Shown here one piece after another: positions 24,209-35,344 of a stretch of DNA of 53,970 nt (position 1 is the stretch's first letter; each line of letters opens with the position of its first letter). The DNA lies in the IMG/VR virus record IMGVR_UViG_3300023171_000016, positions 1 through 53,970 of that record, one strand, 5' to 3'. The DNA comes from a virus (lineage: Duplodnaviria; Caudoviricetes). The position numbers and the translations under genes were made by a program. The notes beneath the pieces are model-generated. The model saw only the letters and a program-made list of their open reading frames with translations, was not told the origin of the DNA and searched no databases.

Positions 24209-26035
24209 TTATTCGTTAACTTTTACTACTGTTTCTGTTGTTTCCGGTGGTTCCGGCTTTTCAATGGTGTCGTTCTCTTTTTTTACCAGTGCTTCAATTT
24301 CATCATACGGAGCATTCACAAACCATATTGTACCGCGCTCACGCTTTATTTTGTCAAGTATGGTAGGCAGGTTATTGCTGAATGAAAACGCATCTATTGT
24401 GATTGCATTACTTGCCAGCATTGCCGATTTTTCTATCATTGGAGTAACAGCGAACGGGTCCATTTGGTTGATAAGTGACACCTTTCGCTTCATGTAATCA
24501 CTGCCGCCAAAAACCTTATCAACGTACTGCTCAAGCTGCTTTTTAATCACGTATTCCGGTATGTCTGCGTCTTTGCTTTCCTTCATTTCTTCCAGCAAAT
24601 CAAACTCCGTTTTAAGCGCAAAATCAGTAGGCTTCACTAACTCATATTGCGGTATTTCCGGCTTACGCTCTCCGTCCGTTACTTGGGTATGCCGGATAGA
24701 TAACACGTCAATTAAGCACGATTCTATAAGATTCCACACACCATTACTTACCATTGACCGGTACAGGTATTCAGCCTCTCGGTCTATTTCTTTTGCTTTG
24801 CCGCTTTGCGCTTCGTCTATGGTCTGTTGGTGAAGGGAGCTTTTAATACCTGCTTTTATAAGGTCTGCCGTTTCTTGTAGATGCTTGTTGATGTTAACAT
24901 CGAAGTTGATTATTTTAAGCAACTCCTTATCTGCCATATCTTTCGGCACCATTACCCGCTGGCCGGGATTGAAAGACATTATGAACTTTGCGCCGTTACA
25001 GTCGGGGCAAGCAATTCGTGAAAAGTCTTTATTTTCAGATTCGCATACGCACTGGCTGCCTTTATGGTGGCACGTGTTACAAAACTGTACCTCCCCGTGC
25101 GCATTGCAGCCGGGGCAATCTGTCTGCACCATCTGAATAAATGGAAAACACGCCTCTTTATTTACCATCTGCACGTCACTGTGTGCAGAAACAAAGTCAT
25201 CACAAAATGGCAATGCAGCCTTTAGATAGCTGTCATAGTAACGCAACGTATTCCATATTCCGCCTGCAATATGTATAGGCTTACGGTTCAGCAAGTGTGC
25301 ATAATATCCATCGTCCACGCCATCAGCATTTACATATGTCTTACCGTCCTCCTCTCGCTTAAACCTGAAATATCCGGTATCAGTAATCCACCACGCATAC
25401 TGCCTATCTGAAAATGGTTCGTAATAAACTACTTCATCTTCGCTTATGTATAGTATTTCGGCAGAAGGTATATGTATGATTTCAGGCTCTACCATTGTGC
25501 CGGTTTCTTTGCGGCTTACTTTTGGCTTCACCACAAACAGACTGTTAGGGTCTTCGCATATGGCTTTAAACATCCACTCGAAATACCCTACAAACGTTTT
25601 ACCTGAAAAGTTTTTCCCGTCTATATACTTTTGGTCTTCTGTGTCTGATATCAGCAGTGTGTATTTGCTGTCGCCAAAAATACACGCTGACAGGCTATTG
25701 ATAGCTTCCAGCAGTGGGGCCATTTGATACGGCCTGTAAACAGACTTACGGTATTCCCTTGTTATCTGTGGTTCGCGGGGATATCGGTTAAGCAGGTAGG
25801 TATCGAATATTAAATCGTAATTAGCATTTATCCACCATGTAGGCGTAGTTTGTGCTGTGCCTAATGCGTAACCGCTTGTTTCATTATACCGCAATGGGTA
25901 GAACCTCGGACACGTACCTGTGGTATGTATCGAGGTTCTATAAAATATATTCTGCCACTGTATAAGGAAAGGTTGCAGGGCAAAACTGCCGTTAAGCATA
26001 CTTAAAACTTCTGTTTGGCTACGAGCCATAATCAC
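24209..26035 (-). CDS. putative portal protein with a Cys-rich zinc-finger insertion
   Basis: 608 aa; AQSGKAKEID portal-like motif; CPGC...CNTC...CPDCNG insert; upstream of scaffold and capsid. Confidence 0.75.
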   Translation of the reverse strand: MIMARSQTEVLSMLNGSFALQPFLIQWQNIFYRTSIHTTGTCPRFYPLRYNETSGYALGTAQTTPTWWINANYDLIFDTYLLNRYPREPQITREYRKSVYRPYQMAPLLEAINSLSACIFGDSKYTLLISDTEDQKYIDGKNFSGKTFVGYFEWMFKAICEDPNSLFVVKPKVSRKETGTMVEPEIIHIPSAEILYISEDEVVYYEPFSDRQYAWWITDTGYFRFKREEDGKTYVNADGVDDGYYAHLLNRKPIHIAGGIWNTLRYYDSYLKAALPFCDDFVSAHSDVQMVNKEACFPFIQMVQTDCPGCNAHGEVQFCNTCHHKGSQCVCESENKDFSRIACPDCNGAKFIMSFNPGQRVMVPKDMADKELLKIINFDVNINKHLQETADLIKAGIKSSLHQQTIDEAQSGKAKEIDREAEYLYRSMVSNGVWNLIESCLIDVLSIRHTQVTDGERKPEIPQYELVKPTDFALKTEFDLLEEMKESKDADIPEYVIKKQLEQYVDKVFGGSDYMKRKVSLINQMDPFAVTPMIEKSAMLASNAITIDAFSFSNNLPTILDKIKRERGTIWFVNAPYDEIEALVKKENDTIEKPEPPETTETVVKVNE

Positions 26036-26049
26036 GCCAAATTAAAGGA

Positions 26050-26670
26050 TTAAAGTATGATACCGGCATCGGTAGCATTGAAGAATACTTTGTTACGCAT
26101 GTCCAGCGGATCACCGTTGAACAGTAAGCGGAACTGCTTTGTTTCTGTTGCAGTTGCGCCCTGCGTTGTAGGCCGTATATAGTTCACGAACCCACGAAGC
26201 GAGCCTATGAAATCTATCTTACGGAAATCGTTATTGCAGTATCCCAACAGGAACCGTATGTTACCCTGATTGGTTAGCTTATCCATCCAGTACGTGTAAT
26301 CAAAGAACGTATCATTTATGAACGGGGAAACGCTTGAAACGTCCTGTATGTATCGGTCTTCAAACGTCACCGCGCGTCCTTGCAGAACCTGAATAGAAGG
26401 GCGGCAATCGTCAATTGCTATTTCTTCATAGTTGGGGTCTTCAAATGTCATATTGAACAGCCGGTTACTGAATACCAAATCACCTGATTCAGCAAGGGCT
26501 AACATTGCTGCATTTACTGCGGCCTGATCGCCTGTAGGCAGTGTAATGTCGCAATTGTAGAACCCGAAACGTATTGGCGTAGTCTGCCGGAATGTGTTGG
26601 AACAATCGGGCGAAGGAAGCCCGATAAGCTGTGCAGGCGTGCAATTAGTAAAACACGGAGTTGATGCCAT
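26050..26670 (-). CDS. putative major tail tube/structural protein
   Basis: 206 aa with its own promoter (TACTTTTA 26725-26732); function inferred. Confidence 0.5.
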   Translation of the reverse strand: MASTPCFTNCTPAQLIGLPSPDCSNTFRQTTPIRFGFYNCDITLPTGDQAAVNAAMLALAESGDLVFSNRLFNMTFEDPNYEEIAIDDCRPSIQVLQGRAVTFEDRYIQDVSSVSPFINDTFFDYTYWMDKLTNQGNIRFLLGYCNNDFRKIDFIGSLRGFVNYIRPTTQGATATETKQFRLLFNGDPLDMRNKVFFNATDAGIIL

Positions 26671-26761
26671 TTTGTGAGTATTATGTCAGTTAATAATCAC
26701 AATTGTATCCGGCAATTGCTGTGGTAAAAGTAGGCATTTTAAAATAACAAACAAAAATCTT

Positions 26762-27616
26762 TTATGAGGCGGTTACTATGGTAGTGTGTGTAGTGCCGCA
26801 ACAGTCAGTGTAAGTCACCTGATAAATTGGGAATACGTCACCATCACAGTTAGTAAAGCCAACTATATTCATGTTGGGGTTTATCGGTATCGGGTTAGGT
26901 GTGCATCCGCTGCCGCATATCGCATCGTCAGAATAAGTACCGCTATCCGGCACGCCTGATGTAAGCGCATTTGTTTGCAGGTAGTTCACGGTGTAGCTGT
27001 TGCACCCGCTGCCGCAATCATCAACAAACAGGTACAAATCCCATTCAGTACATGCGGGGTTAGTAGGTATTAATGCGTAGTATTCACCGGTTTCCTGATT
27101 GCACAACACCGGGCCGTTACACTCAATTACATAGTTCCCATCGGTGCAAATGATATTATCCAATAGCGTTACAGAGTAAATGAATGATGTGGCATATCCG
27201 CCTATCCATACTGTTTTTCTGTAAATATCCCCGCCTATGCTCACTAAGTCAGATAGTGAATTAATGGTTACCGTGAACACACTACCACCAGTAACTATGC
27301 CACTTATTTTAAACGGGCAACTGAACCCACCAGACATATCGAAGTCGAAACGCGCATAGCCAAAAATTATTGGCGTAGTTCCCATATCTACAGAAACATC
27401 GGACAATATTGGACATTCACACTCTGATATAGTAAAGCAAAATCCATTATCCGCACCTGAATTATCTACATAAGCCACATAGTCACCGGGCGTAGTTATA
27501 CCGGGGTCAAATGTGGCGTTCGTTTGAACTACAGGGCCATATACAACAGTAGTGCTGCTGTCTTCTATAGTTACAAGAAATGAGCCTGTAGGCGCGGGTA
27601 TGGTTATTGTAGGCAT
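26762..27616 (-). CDS. Cys-rich beta-sandwich structural protein
   Basis: Many Cys; V/T/S-rich. Confidence 0.65.
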   Translation of the reverse strand: MPTITIPAPTGSFLVTIEDSSTTVVYGPVVQTNATFDPGITTPGDYVAYVDNSGADNGFCFTISECECPILSDVSVDMGTTPIIFGYARFDFDMSGGFSCPFKISGIVTGGSVFTVTINSLSDLVSIGGDIYRKTVWIGGYATSFIYSVTLLDNIICTDGNYVIECNGPVLCNQETGEYYALIPTNPACTEWDLYLFVDDCGSGCNSYTVNYLQTNALTSGVPDSGTYSDDAICGSGCTPNPIPINPNMNIVGFTNCDGDVFPIYQVTYTDCCGTTHTTIVTAS

Positions 27617-27619
27617 GGC

Positions 27620-27895
27620 TTATTGTCCTGTTGTAAATGTATCTGTTTCCCAATCGCTGAATTGATTATCAGGGTTACACCTGCGTAGTTGATACTCATA
27701 ATCGGTATCGTCTGCCAGTGGGCCTATACCAATAAATGCACTGTCAACGGCAGGGCTTACCGACTGATAAACCGGCAGCGGGTACGTATATGTTTGCTGT
27801 GTCCAGTTGGTAGCACCGACAATGCGAAACCACAGCTCATAGTACAATGTACTGTTGCTGTCATCACCTATAAACAATCTGTGTAGCCGGGCCAT
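27620..27895 (-). CDS. fibronectin type III-like small protein
   Basis: Y.L.FR..G..NW...L..DTDYEYQLRR.C......SDW....FTT. Confidence 0.7.
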   Translation of the reverse strand: MARLHRLFIGDDSNSTLYYELWFRIVGATNWTQQTYTYPLPVYQSVSPAVDSAFIGIGPLADDTDYEYQLRRCNPDNQFSDWETDTFTTGQ

Positions 27896-29536
27896 TTAAA
27901 GCGGATATTTTATGTTGAATAATTCAATGTAGTATGTGCTGCCTGCCGTGCTTGTTTCCTGTCCTGAATAGGTAATAGTACCATCCATTTCAATCAGCAA
28001 TGTAGATGCAGGCGGCATGTTTCCGTTATCGGTTGAAGTTATGAGTATGTCCCGCGAAGGCATACCGGACTGCATAACACCCAACACCATATTAGTAAAC
28101 GGCCCTGAATATGCGCCTGTAGACCATGACATATTCAGCGTTCCCTCACCTCCGTATTGCACCGCACTGCTGTAGTTTGGCGACAACAACCAACCGGGCG
28201 CAGGGGTTATAGCTATCATGTATTCGTTATAATCTACATCATCTTCACCCGTAATATCAGGCACGGGTACTGATATTGCTATGTCATCTTCACCCGTAAC
28301 GTCCGGTACTGGCACCTGATTGTTATTCGTCACTCCATTGCACAACGGTGAAAGGTCTGTAGTATTTACCGGCAGCTGCTTAGGGAATATCCTTTGCTGT
28401 GCTATCGGCTGGTCTACATACAGGAACTTAGGCAGCACACCGCTGCTGATAACCTTTAGTGTGGCATATACAGGACATGGAGCCACAAACGGTAATTGCG
28501 CAACCTCGGACGTTCCCGGCAATGAATCAAGATATATCGCCAGCGTATCGGGGCTTTGTGCTATCAGCCTCATGCTATCATCGTACAGGCGTTCAAATGG
28601 CGCAGGGAACAGGTAATACGTTGCAAGGCTACTGCAATCAGGTTGGCAACCGTACATCTGCCATTCGAAATTACCTTGAAATGGTATAGCCATCTTATAC
28701 ATGTACACGCAATTCACGGGTACACCTGCTACCTGCTCAAATACCTTGCCGCCTATAGACTGCCGCTCTACATCGTCAACAAACAGTTTGTTACCACGTA
28801 GCATGCCCTCAATGTCTTTCATTTTCCACACGGGGAAAGCGACATTGCCGGTAAGCGTGTATTGTGCAGTATAGCCCGTTTTTTGTGTCCTGTTGTTAAT
28901 GCTTATTATGCGCTCCACCTCTGTAGGTAAGTCCCTGAATCTGCCCGGTATGTAGCTGTAACGGGTGTATGTAAAGGGAATACCTGTAATAGCTGAACCT
29001 GTAGCGTAGTAGTCGCCGGTATAAACATCGAAGCAATCAAATGACGTTTGCAGTTTTACATATTCTTCACCACATAATGCCGGATTCGCACCGGGAATAC
29101 ATGGCGCAGTTGGCACTCCGTCAATCAGTATTTCAGGAACGAAAGAACCGGGAACCACGGAAGCTATTTTGTATTGCTGTGTCCACTTATTGAACAGGGT
29201 AACACCTGCATTTGTAATTACTACATTCAGTACATAACACTTATTGGAGAGCATGTAATCACTGTAGCTGTTTCCACGAATATTTACAAAGTAGTAGGTA
29301 GTCCCGCCTAACATGAACGAGGCAAAATAAATATCAAAATACGCTGTACCGTCTTCCTGAAATGAACCATCAACGCTACACACGTTTACAGTGACTGCGA
29401 TAACCGGCGAAGACAGCGCAAAACCGTTAGCCTGTAAAGACATATCCAATGGGCTGAAAATAGCATCGGAGTAGCACCCGTAAGGCTCTGCCGAATGGTA
29501 ATATTGAAGCTCTGATATGTTGTTTACGAAGATCAT
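27896..29536 (-). CDS. putative tail tip/baseplate protein
   Basis: 546 aa, downstream of the tape measure. Confidence 0.6.
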   Translation of the reverse strand: MIFVNNISELQYYHSAEPYGCYSDAIFSPLDMSLQANGFALSSPVIAVTVNVCSVDGSFQEDGTAYFDIYFASFMLGGTTYYFVNIRGNSYSDYMLSNKCYVLNVVITNAGVTLFNKWTQQYKIASVVPGSFVPEILIDGVPTAPCIPGANPALCGEEYVKLQTSFDCFDVYTGDYYATGSAITGIPFTYTRYSYIPGRFRDLPTEVERIISINNRTQKTGYTAQYTLTGNVAFPVWKMKDIEGMLRGNKLFVDDVERQSIGGKVFEQVAGVPVNCVYMYKMAIPFQGNFEWQMYGCQPDCSSLATYYLFPAPFERLYDDSMRLIAQSPDTLAIYLDSLPGTSEVAQLPFVAPCPVYATLKVISSGVLPKFLYVDQPIAQQRIFPKQLPVNTTDLSPLCNGVTNNNQVPVPDVTGEDDIAISVPVPDITGEDDVDYNEYMIAITPAPGWLLSPNYSSAVQYGGEGTLNMSWSTGAYSGPFTNMVLGVMQSGMPSRDILITSTDNGNMPPASTLLIEMDGTITYSGQETSTAGSTYYIELFNIKYPL

Positions 29537-29537
29537 A

Positions 29538-29726
29538 CTACGCCCGTGCTGAGATATAGTTTAAAATGTCACTGTCTAAATTATTCTGCGCTTCTTTTGC
29601 GTAAGATGCCAATTTACGAACTACTTTCAGTAGTCTGTTTCTTTGCATTCTCCTAAAGTCCAGTTCGTCAACAAACCTAACCGAATAAAGCCCGTAAGGT
29701 AATATTTTCCAGTTTTTCATAATCAT
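29538..29726 (-). CDS. hypothetical protein
   Basis: 62 aa, coupled. Confidence 0.45.
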   Translation of the reverse strand: MIMKNWKILPYGLYSVRFVDELDFRRMQRNRLLKVVRKLASYAKEAQNNLDSDILNYISARA

Positions 29727-32098
29727 ACTACTCCCGATAATTCTATATACTGTCCTGTCCCCTCACTATCGCCCACTTTATAACATGCTTTGATGCCTGT
29801 AATTATGCCCATGTTATAAAATGTTGTGTCCAAAAGTACAGTAAATAACAGTCTTTGCCCATTTACATTTTCAGTAAGCCTCAATTTTTCTATATCCTCA
29901 CAGCACAAAGGTATTTTCAACCGCCATTTTTTATTCAAACGTGGGTATCTGCACGGGTCATCTATCCAATGGTATCTATCCCATAACGTGCCTGCATAGT
30001 GTGGCTCATAGTACATAGAGTAATTAACCAGTATTGCCGCATTTGCCAGCACTGTTGCCCCGAAAATGTTGGTTACCGCATATACACCTGCCGGAGTTCC
30101 AAACGGCGGGAATTGGCCTATAACCTCTACTTTCGGCGGGTGATTGTCAACCCACGGCGTAGGCGAAGGTATAGAAGCAGGAACAAATGTAGTCCCGCCA
30201 ACGTCCGGCACCATAGTAGGGTACAGCGTGTTAATGGTCGGTTCAGTAATTCCCGGCACAGTGCCAGCATAGCCGGACTTGCCAATAGTATATACTGTGC
30301 CATCAATATTTATCTTGTCACGTACCGCCGTAGCATTCAGGTAGTTTGGGTCGGTTGGATTAGCAACATCACCATCCCATATTAGTATTTTAGGTTTGCT
30401 GATTGTTTCGGACTGCAACAACAATTTGTAGTCTGCATATGCGCCTATCTTGGTTGCCAGTTCTCCGAGTATCACCAACCCTAATGGGCTTACCGCCGTA
30501 AGTGAGTACGACACTTGTAGCGCATCATATATGTAATTGGTAGTGCTGCCATCACAGTTAAAGTGAGCCGCTGAAAAACCGGATAGCTTATTGAGCATAC
30601 CGTTAAAAATAGGATTGATAACGGTATTCCCGAATGATATATGCTGTGTGCCGTTGTAGAAGTCGCCTGCCTCTACACCACATTTATCGGCTGTGTCGTC
30701 TTCGTACAGATACGAAACGGATGCAGGCAATACTAATTCCTGCTGCTCATAACATATACCCTCAACTATCTTACTACGGTCTGCACCGCCTATACTGAAA
30801 TCATACAACGGGGCTTGGTCTTGAAACCAATCTTTTCGCTTAAAATACAGCGTAGGAACACCCGCCTCTACTATTATCCGCCACTGGCTGTTATACAGGT
30901 TCCCCATTTCATCTAAAAACCTATCAAGCGATATTACAGGCGCGTTTTCAGGCTGGTAGTATGTTGTAGTGTCAGGGTCTGTTTCTCCGGTAAACAGGTT
31001 TATTTTTCTGAACCTGCGCACGCCACGCTTCACCTGCGGGAATAAGTAACATGCGTTATAATCAGGGTTCGGCTCTGTGTGTAATGCACCGTCACTATGT
31101 GTAAGTGATATGATAGGCGCAAAGAATGTATCAGCGGTCGAAGCGGAAACTACTACACCACACTTATTGCAGACATTCAGAATATAGTCACGAACGAACG
31201 GCGCGGGGTGTTCCCTGCCACAGCCTGCCGCCTCAATCATGGTGTTAGCCCATCCTAAGAATACTTCTACAGGTGTAACAGGTGCGGGGCCGGGGTCTGC
31301 ATCGGGTATATCAGGTATTGGCGTACCGCCGACTATAGCGATAATAGCATTTACTGCTGAAATAATGAAGTTGATAGCGGCAATCAGTCCCGACAATGCC
31401 ACACGGATAAGCCACACAATCAGCAATATCGGATAGAACACTGTGTACAGCAGTGACATTATTATAGCTACCAACATGGACAATTGCCACAGTAACACTA
31501 ACGTCCAGTTGGGCCGCTTTTCTATGCAGTACCCGAAACGCGGGTGTTTGACTAACAGCCCCGTGTTTACGTCTACCGGTTCGGGCTGGAACCAGCCTTG
31601 CCAGTTATCGCTAATTACCGTGCGCTCTATGCAGTTCGTATAATCTTCAATCTGCTTCAAATTCAGGTTGAACACGCATAGGCTGTTAAATTCGCACCAC
31701 TCCAAGTGATCGGACTTAATGAAATATCCCGTGTACCTGCCGCAGCTTGTATCGGTTATCTGTACCTCTACCTGATTTAGCGTACCGGCCACATCGTCAA
31801 CCAAATAAGCCTTTAGAAAATCATATGCGGCACGTTCAAACGACAGTGAAGCAGAAACCCCTTTAACCGGCGCAAACTTACCTACTGCCGCTTTGCCATC
31901 GTCTGTTTTTTCGGCTGACCATTCTAATTCTATGTCTTGTAGCCCTTCAACATAATCGGTGAAGTCTTGCCACGGGTTACTGATACTGCCAATAGTCACA
32001 GCCAAAGACAAAGGATTAGGGCCGGTGTAGTACACATCGTTACCGTAAATATCCTTTAGCTGCCGTTTCCTTAGCTGTATCGTTAGTTGTTTGAGCAT
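29723..32098 (-). CDS. putative tail protein with an internal hydrophobic segment
   Basis: 791 aa; long TM-like stretch WTLVLLW...IIAIVGG. Confidence 0.65.
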   Translation of the reverse strand: MLKQLTIQLRKRQLKDIYGNDVYYTGPNPLSLAVTIGSISNPWQDFTDYVEGLQDIELEWSAEKTDDGKAAVGKFAPVKGVSASLSFERAAYDFLKAYLVDDVAGTLNQVEVQITDTSCGRYTGYFIKSDHLEWCEFNSLCVFNLNLKQIEDYTNCIERTVISDNWQGWFQPEPVDVNTGLLVKHPRFGYCIEKRPNWTLVLLWQLSMLVAIIMSLLYTVFYPILLIVWLIRVALSGLIAAINFIISAVNAIIAIVGGTPIPDIPDADPGPAPVTPVEVFLGWANTMIEAAGCGREHPAPFVRDYILNVCNKCGVVVSASTADTFFAPIISLTHSDGALHTEPNPDYNACYLFPQVKRGVRRFRKINLFTGETDPDTTTYYQPENAPVISLDRFLDEMGNLYNSQWRIIVEAGVPTLYFKRKDWFQDQAPLYDFSIGGADRSKIVEGICYEQQELVLPASVSYLYEDDTADKCGVEAGDFYNGTQHISFGNTVINPIFNGMLNKLSGFSAAHFNCDGSTTNYIYDALQVSYSLTAVSPLGLVILGELATKIGAYADYKLLLQSETISKPKILIWDGDVANPTDPNYLNATAVRDKINIDGTVYTIGKSGYAGTVPGITEPTINTLYPTMVPDVGGTTFVPASIPSPTPWVDNHPPKVEVIGQFPPFGTPAGVYAVTNIFGATVLANAAILVNYSMYYEPHYAGTLWDRYHWIDDPCRYPRLNKKWRLKIPLCCEDIEKLRLTENVNGQRLLFTVLLDTTFYNMGIITGIKACYKVGDSEGTGQYIELSGVV

Positions 32099-32296
32099 TT
32101 ATTTCAGCTTACAGGTAACGTCATTTTTTGCCGTATCGTTAATGTTCCTTTGGCGCATTTCGCAGTAGCCCTTAGCTAATTCATACTCATTACCTATGTG
32201 GAAACTTGCCCCATTGCTGCACTTGCAATCGTATGACGATTTTAGTTTTTTGCAGGACACCGCACAAATAGCAACTATTAATATTAAATATTTCAT
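32099..32296 (-). CDS. small lipoprotein (moron-like, own promoter)
   Basis: MKYLILIVAICAVS/CKK lipobox; TATCTTTG at 32301-32308. Confidence 0.65.
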   Translation of the reverse strand: MKYLILIVAICAVSCKKLKSSYDCKCSNGASFHIGNEYELAKGYCEMRQRNINDTAKNDVTCKLK

Positions 32297-32308
32297 TTGC
32301 CAAAGATA

Positions 32309-35302
32309 CTAACTTTTCCATTTAACGCGGTCTTTCCTCATTTGCCGCTCTGTAATCAGAGCCACACCCCTTTCATCAATTGTATTCCTAACGCTCAATT
32401 TCTGCCCCTCTACGGCCTCACGAACGGCCCTCATTTCGCTGCGTAGCCCATCTATGTCGCTACGTGTGCCATGCGACCCCATGTAGTTGGCAGGCGCAAG
32501 GCTATACCCCTTGTTCATAGCTTCCAATAATGGTTTGTTTCGTCTAGTGGCCGCCTCGGTCATAATGCTTTCACCTGCACTTATGCGAACTAAATTGCTG
32601 TCACTGGTGCCGGTGCCTTTGCCCTTGTACCCTACTACACCGTCTTTGAACCCTTCTAACTGTGAACTCCTATCCAAACCTCGAACCAACCCATAACCGG
32701 AAACAATAGCCCCGACCGCCGCCGCAACGGTAGCAATAGAAGCAATGCCGCCGCCCTCTGCCGCCGCCTTCGCTACTGCCAATAGAGCATAACTAAGCTG
32801 CAATGCACTGTTTACCGCCTGCTGCTGCTGTGCTGACTTGCGCTGCTCAATCTGTGCCGCCCTTAGTGCCTTTGTTTCAATATCCAGTACCTGCGTATTG
32901 CCCTTTTCAGTCAGCGCAATAGCCGCCGATACACGCTGCTCACGGGCCTGTATTTCCCTGTCAAGATCTTGCAGCCGGTATGTGTTCAGTGTGTTATATC
33001 CTTGTGCCGCAATCTGTGTTATCTGCGTGAACGCATCGGCAAAGGCTGACACATAGGCAACCGTAATATTACGCGTGCTGTCATTTATTTTAGTATTGCT
33101 GGCATTGATTGCAGCGTCCAACCTGTCCAGTTCAGTAATGGCTAAATCCACTTGTTCCTGCGCGGCTTTAATGCCTTCGGGTGTGGTTGCCCCTTCACGC
33201 GCTTTATTGGCCTGTTCCAGCCTGTTTTGTGCCGCTATGCGCAGTTGTGTGTTCTGCTCAATGTTTACACGCTCCTGAACACCAATATTGCGCAATGTTG
33301 CCAACCGGTTTTTAAAGTCACGGCCAAAGAACCCACCACCGCCTTTACCGGATATGGCTAACTGCTCTTCACTAAAACCCTTAGCAACGGACGCATTTAG
33401 TTGCGCTGTCTGCCGCTGAACCTCTGCGATAATATCAGCGTACCCCTGCTTTATGTTGTTGATGCGCTTTACCTGTGCCGCTGATTCTTCATCCTGTTGT
33501 TTCTGCTGGTATATGGTGTATATCCGGCTAAGGTCGTCCAACAACTGCTGATATTCTGCCGTTTCGGTAAGTCCCTGTTTTTCAAGTTCAGCCCTGCGCT
33601 TGTTCAGCGATTGCACCTGCTCATCATATTGCGCACTATTAGCCGCCCTTTGTACCTGCAATTCCTTATCAGCAACATTATTGCGTAACTCCAAATTCTG
33701 TTGCAGGTCTACGCCGGTAAGTAGTTGTAACTGCTGGTTGGCGTGTGCAAGTTCCTCCGATAGCAGTTCCTGATTTAATTTCTGCTGCTCATGTAACTGC
33801 TGCTCATTGAATAATCGGATGGCTTCCAGTTTCTTAGCTTCATTGTCGCGCACAAGGTTGTCGAAACGAATATCGAACTTCGCCCGTACCTCTGCCGTAG
33901 CTGTACCCGCCTTTTCTGCCGCATCAAGTTCTAAGTTAAGCGCACGAACCGCCGCCGCACCCTGAATATTGAATGATTCCTCAATGTTTTGCGCTGTTTT
34001 CTCCCTGCGTGCGATTTCGTCAAGCAGGTATTTATCATTGTCGGCTGATATTTCCTGATTGAGCTTTTTGTTAAGCTGGAAGATAGCCGCATTACGCTTT
34101 GCTACAAACTCTATACGAGCTTGTTCTATTTCGGCTTCTTTGTCTAATACGCTTTGCCGCTGCTCTTCCAGTTTCACACCATATTCCCTTTCAACCCTTA
34201 GCAATACATCACGAAACGATACACGCTGTTTAACTGCATCCGCCAAGTCTAACCGGAATTGCTCTTTTTCTTTTTCAGGTAATGATATTTTTGATATTTC
34301 AGCAAACAGGTCTTTTGCTATCTGTATTCTTTGCTTGTCCGGAAGTATGCGGGTTAATATGCTCTCTTCTACATCTTGACCTCCTATGAGCTGCAAATCC
34401 TTTACTTTCTCCCTGAATGTGTTGATTGCCTGCTCTGCCTGCTTTGCATCCGACAATTCAGCGGCCCGGCGTTTCTGTGCAGCCTCAAAGTTTGTTTGTT
34501 CTGCCTTTGCAACCTCACCATTAACAACCCCTGCCGCCTTTGCTGCTTCCTCAGTACGCTTTAAACCATCAACAGACGTAGCAAAGGAACTTTTGCGCAG
34601 AATGTCTAGCTTTTCCTGATCTTCTACAACTTGTAATATAGAATCACCCAACGCCTCGAAAGAACCTGCCAGTTTTTCATTCACTTCCAGCAAATCACGT
34701 GACTGCTGATTTAAACTCAGCTCATAGGTAATGAGCCCCGTTAACGCATCAACTACGCCCGGTATGATAGATAGCCCTGTGCCTAAACCTATGCCCTGTA
34801 ATAAGCCCCTCACAGCCCCTGCCGCCTCATCCTTAAAACTATCACCAAACAACTGCTCTATGATGTTTTGTTCAGGACTTGTCAAATCTGCCAATTCCTT
34901 TTTCAACACCTCAATTTCCGCCGTAATCCCCTTTGTAGCCTCAACTGATGTTTGCCTTTCCCGTGCTTGTTTCAGGTCGTTTATTTTATCGGTCAACTGC
35001 TCAATAATACCCAACTCCCGCGTGAGCGCATTTTGTATTAATGGTGACTGCTGCACCTGCTTTGTCAACTGCTTAGTCTGCGTATCAATGGATTTATTCA
35101 GGTCGTCTATGGCCTTTTTAGCACGCTTTACGCGCTCCGTGTCTGTATCCTTGGCTGATTGCCGCTCTAACAGTTCCTTTTTTTTTCGTAGGTCTTCAAT
35201 GGCCTCGGCCTGTTTTTTGAACGCATCTAATTGCGCCTGCAATGGTGCATTGTTGCCAACCTCTACCGATAGCTTTGTGATTACTTCTATTATTTCAGCC
35301 AT
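32309..35302 (-). CDS. tape measure protein
   Basis: 997-aa coiled coil; C-terminal FKDG...GTGTSDS...RISAGESIM. Confidence 0.8.
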   Translation of the reverse strand: MAEIIEVITKLSVEVGNNAPLQAQLDAFKKQAEAIEDLRKKKELLERQSAKDTDTERVKRAKKAIDDLNKSIDTQTKQLTKQVQQSPLIQNALTRELGIIEQLTDKINDLKQARERQTSVEATKGITAEIEVLKKELADLTSPEQNIIEQLFGDSFKDEAAGAVRGLLQGIGLGTGLSIIPGVVDALTGLITYELSLNQQSRDLLEVNEKLAGSFEALGDSILQVVEDQEKLDILRKSSFATSVDGLKRTEEAAKAAGVVNGEVAKAEQTNFEAAQKRRAAELSDAKQAEQAINTFREKVKDLQLIGGQDVEESILTRILPDKQRIQIAKDLFAEISKISLPEKEKEQFRLDLADAVKQRVSFRDVLLRVEREYGVKLEEQRQSVLDKEAEIEQARIEFVAKRNAAIFQLNKKLNQEISADNDKYLLDEIARREKTAQNIEESFNIQGAAAVRALNLELDAAEKAGTATAEVRAKFDIRFDNLVRDNEAKKLEAIRLFNEQQLHEQQKLNQELLSEELAHANQQLQLLTGVDLQQNLELRNNVADKELQVQRAANSAQYDEQVQSLNKRRAELEKQGLTETAEYQQLLDDLSRIYTIYQQKQQDEESAAQVKRINNIKQGYADIIAEVQRQTAQLNASVAKGFSEEQLAISGKGGGGFFGRDFKNRLATLRNIGVQERVNIEQNTQLRIAAQNRLEQANKAREGATTPEGIKAAQEQVDLAITELDRLDAAINASNTKINDSTRNITVAYVSAFADAFTQITQIAAQGYNTLNTYRLQDLDREIQAREQRVSAAIALTEKGNTQVLDIETKALRAAQIEQRKSAQQQQAVNSALQLSYALLAVAKAAAEGGGIASIATVAAAVGAIVSGYGLVRGLDRSSQLEGFKDGVVGYKGKGTGTSDSNLVRISAGESIMTEAATRRNKPLLEAMNKGYSLAPANYMGSHGTRSDIDGLRSEMRAVREAVEGQKLSVRNTIDERGVALITERQMRKDRVKWKS

Positions 35303-35344
35303 GTAGCGAAATTACACTATATTTGGGGCTAAAACCAAATAGTT

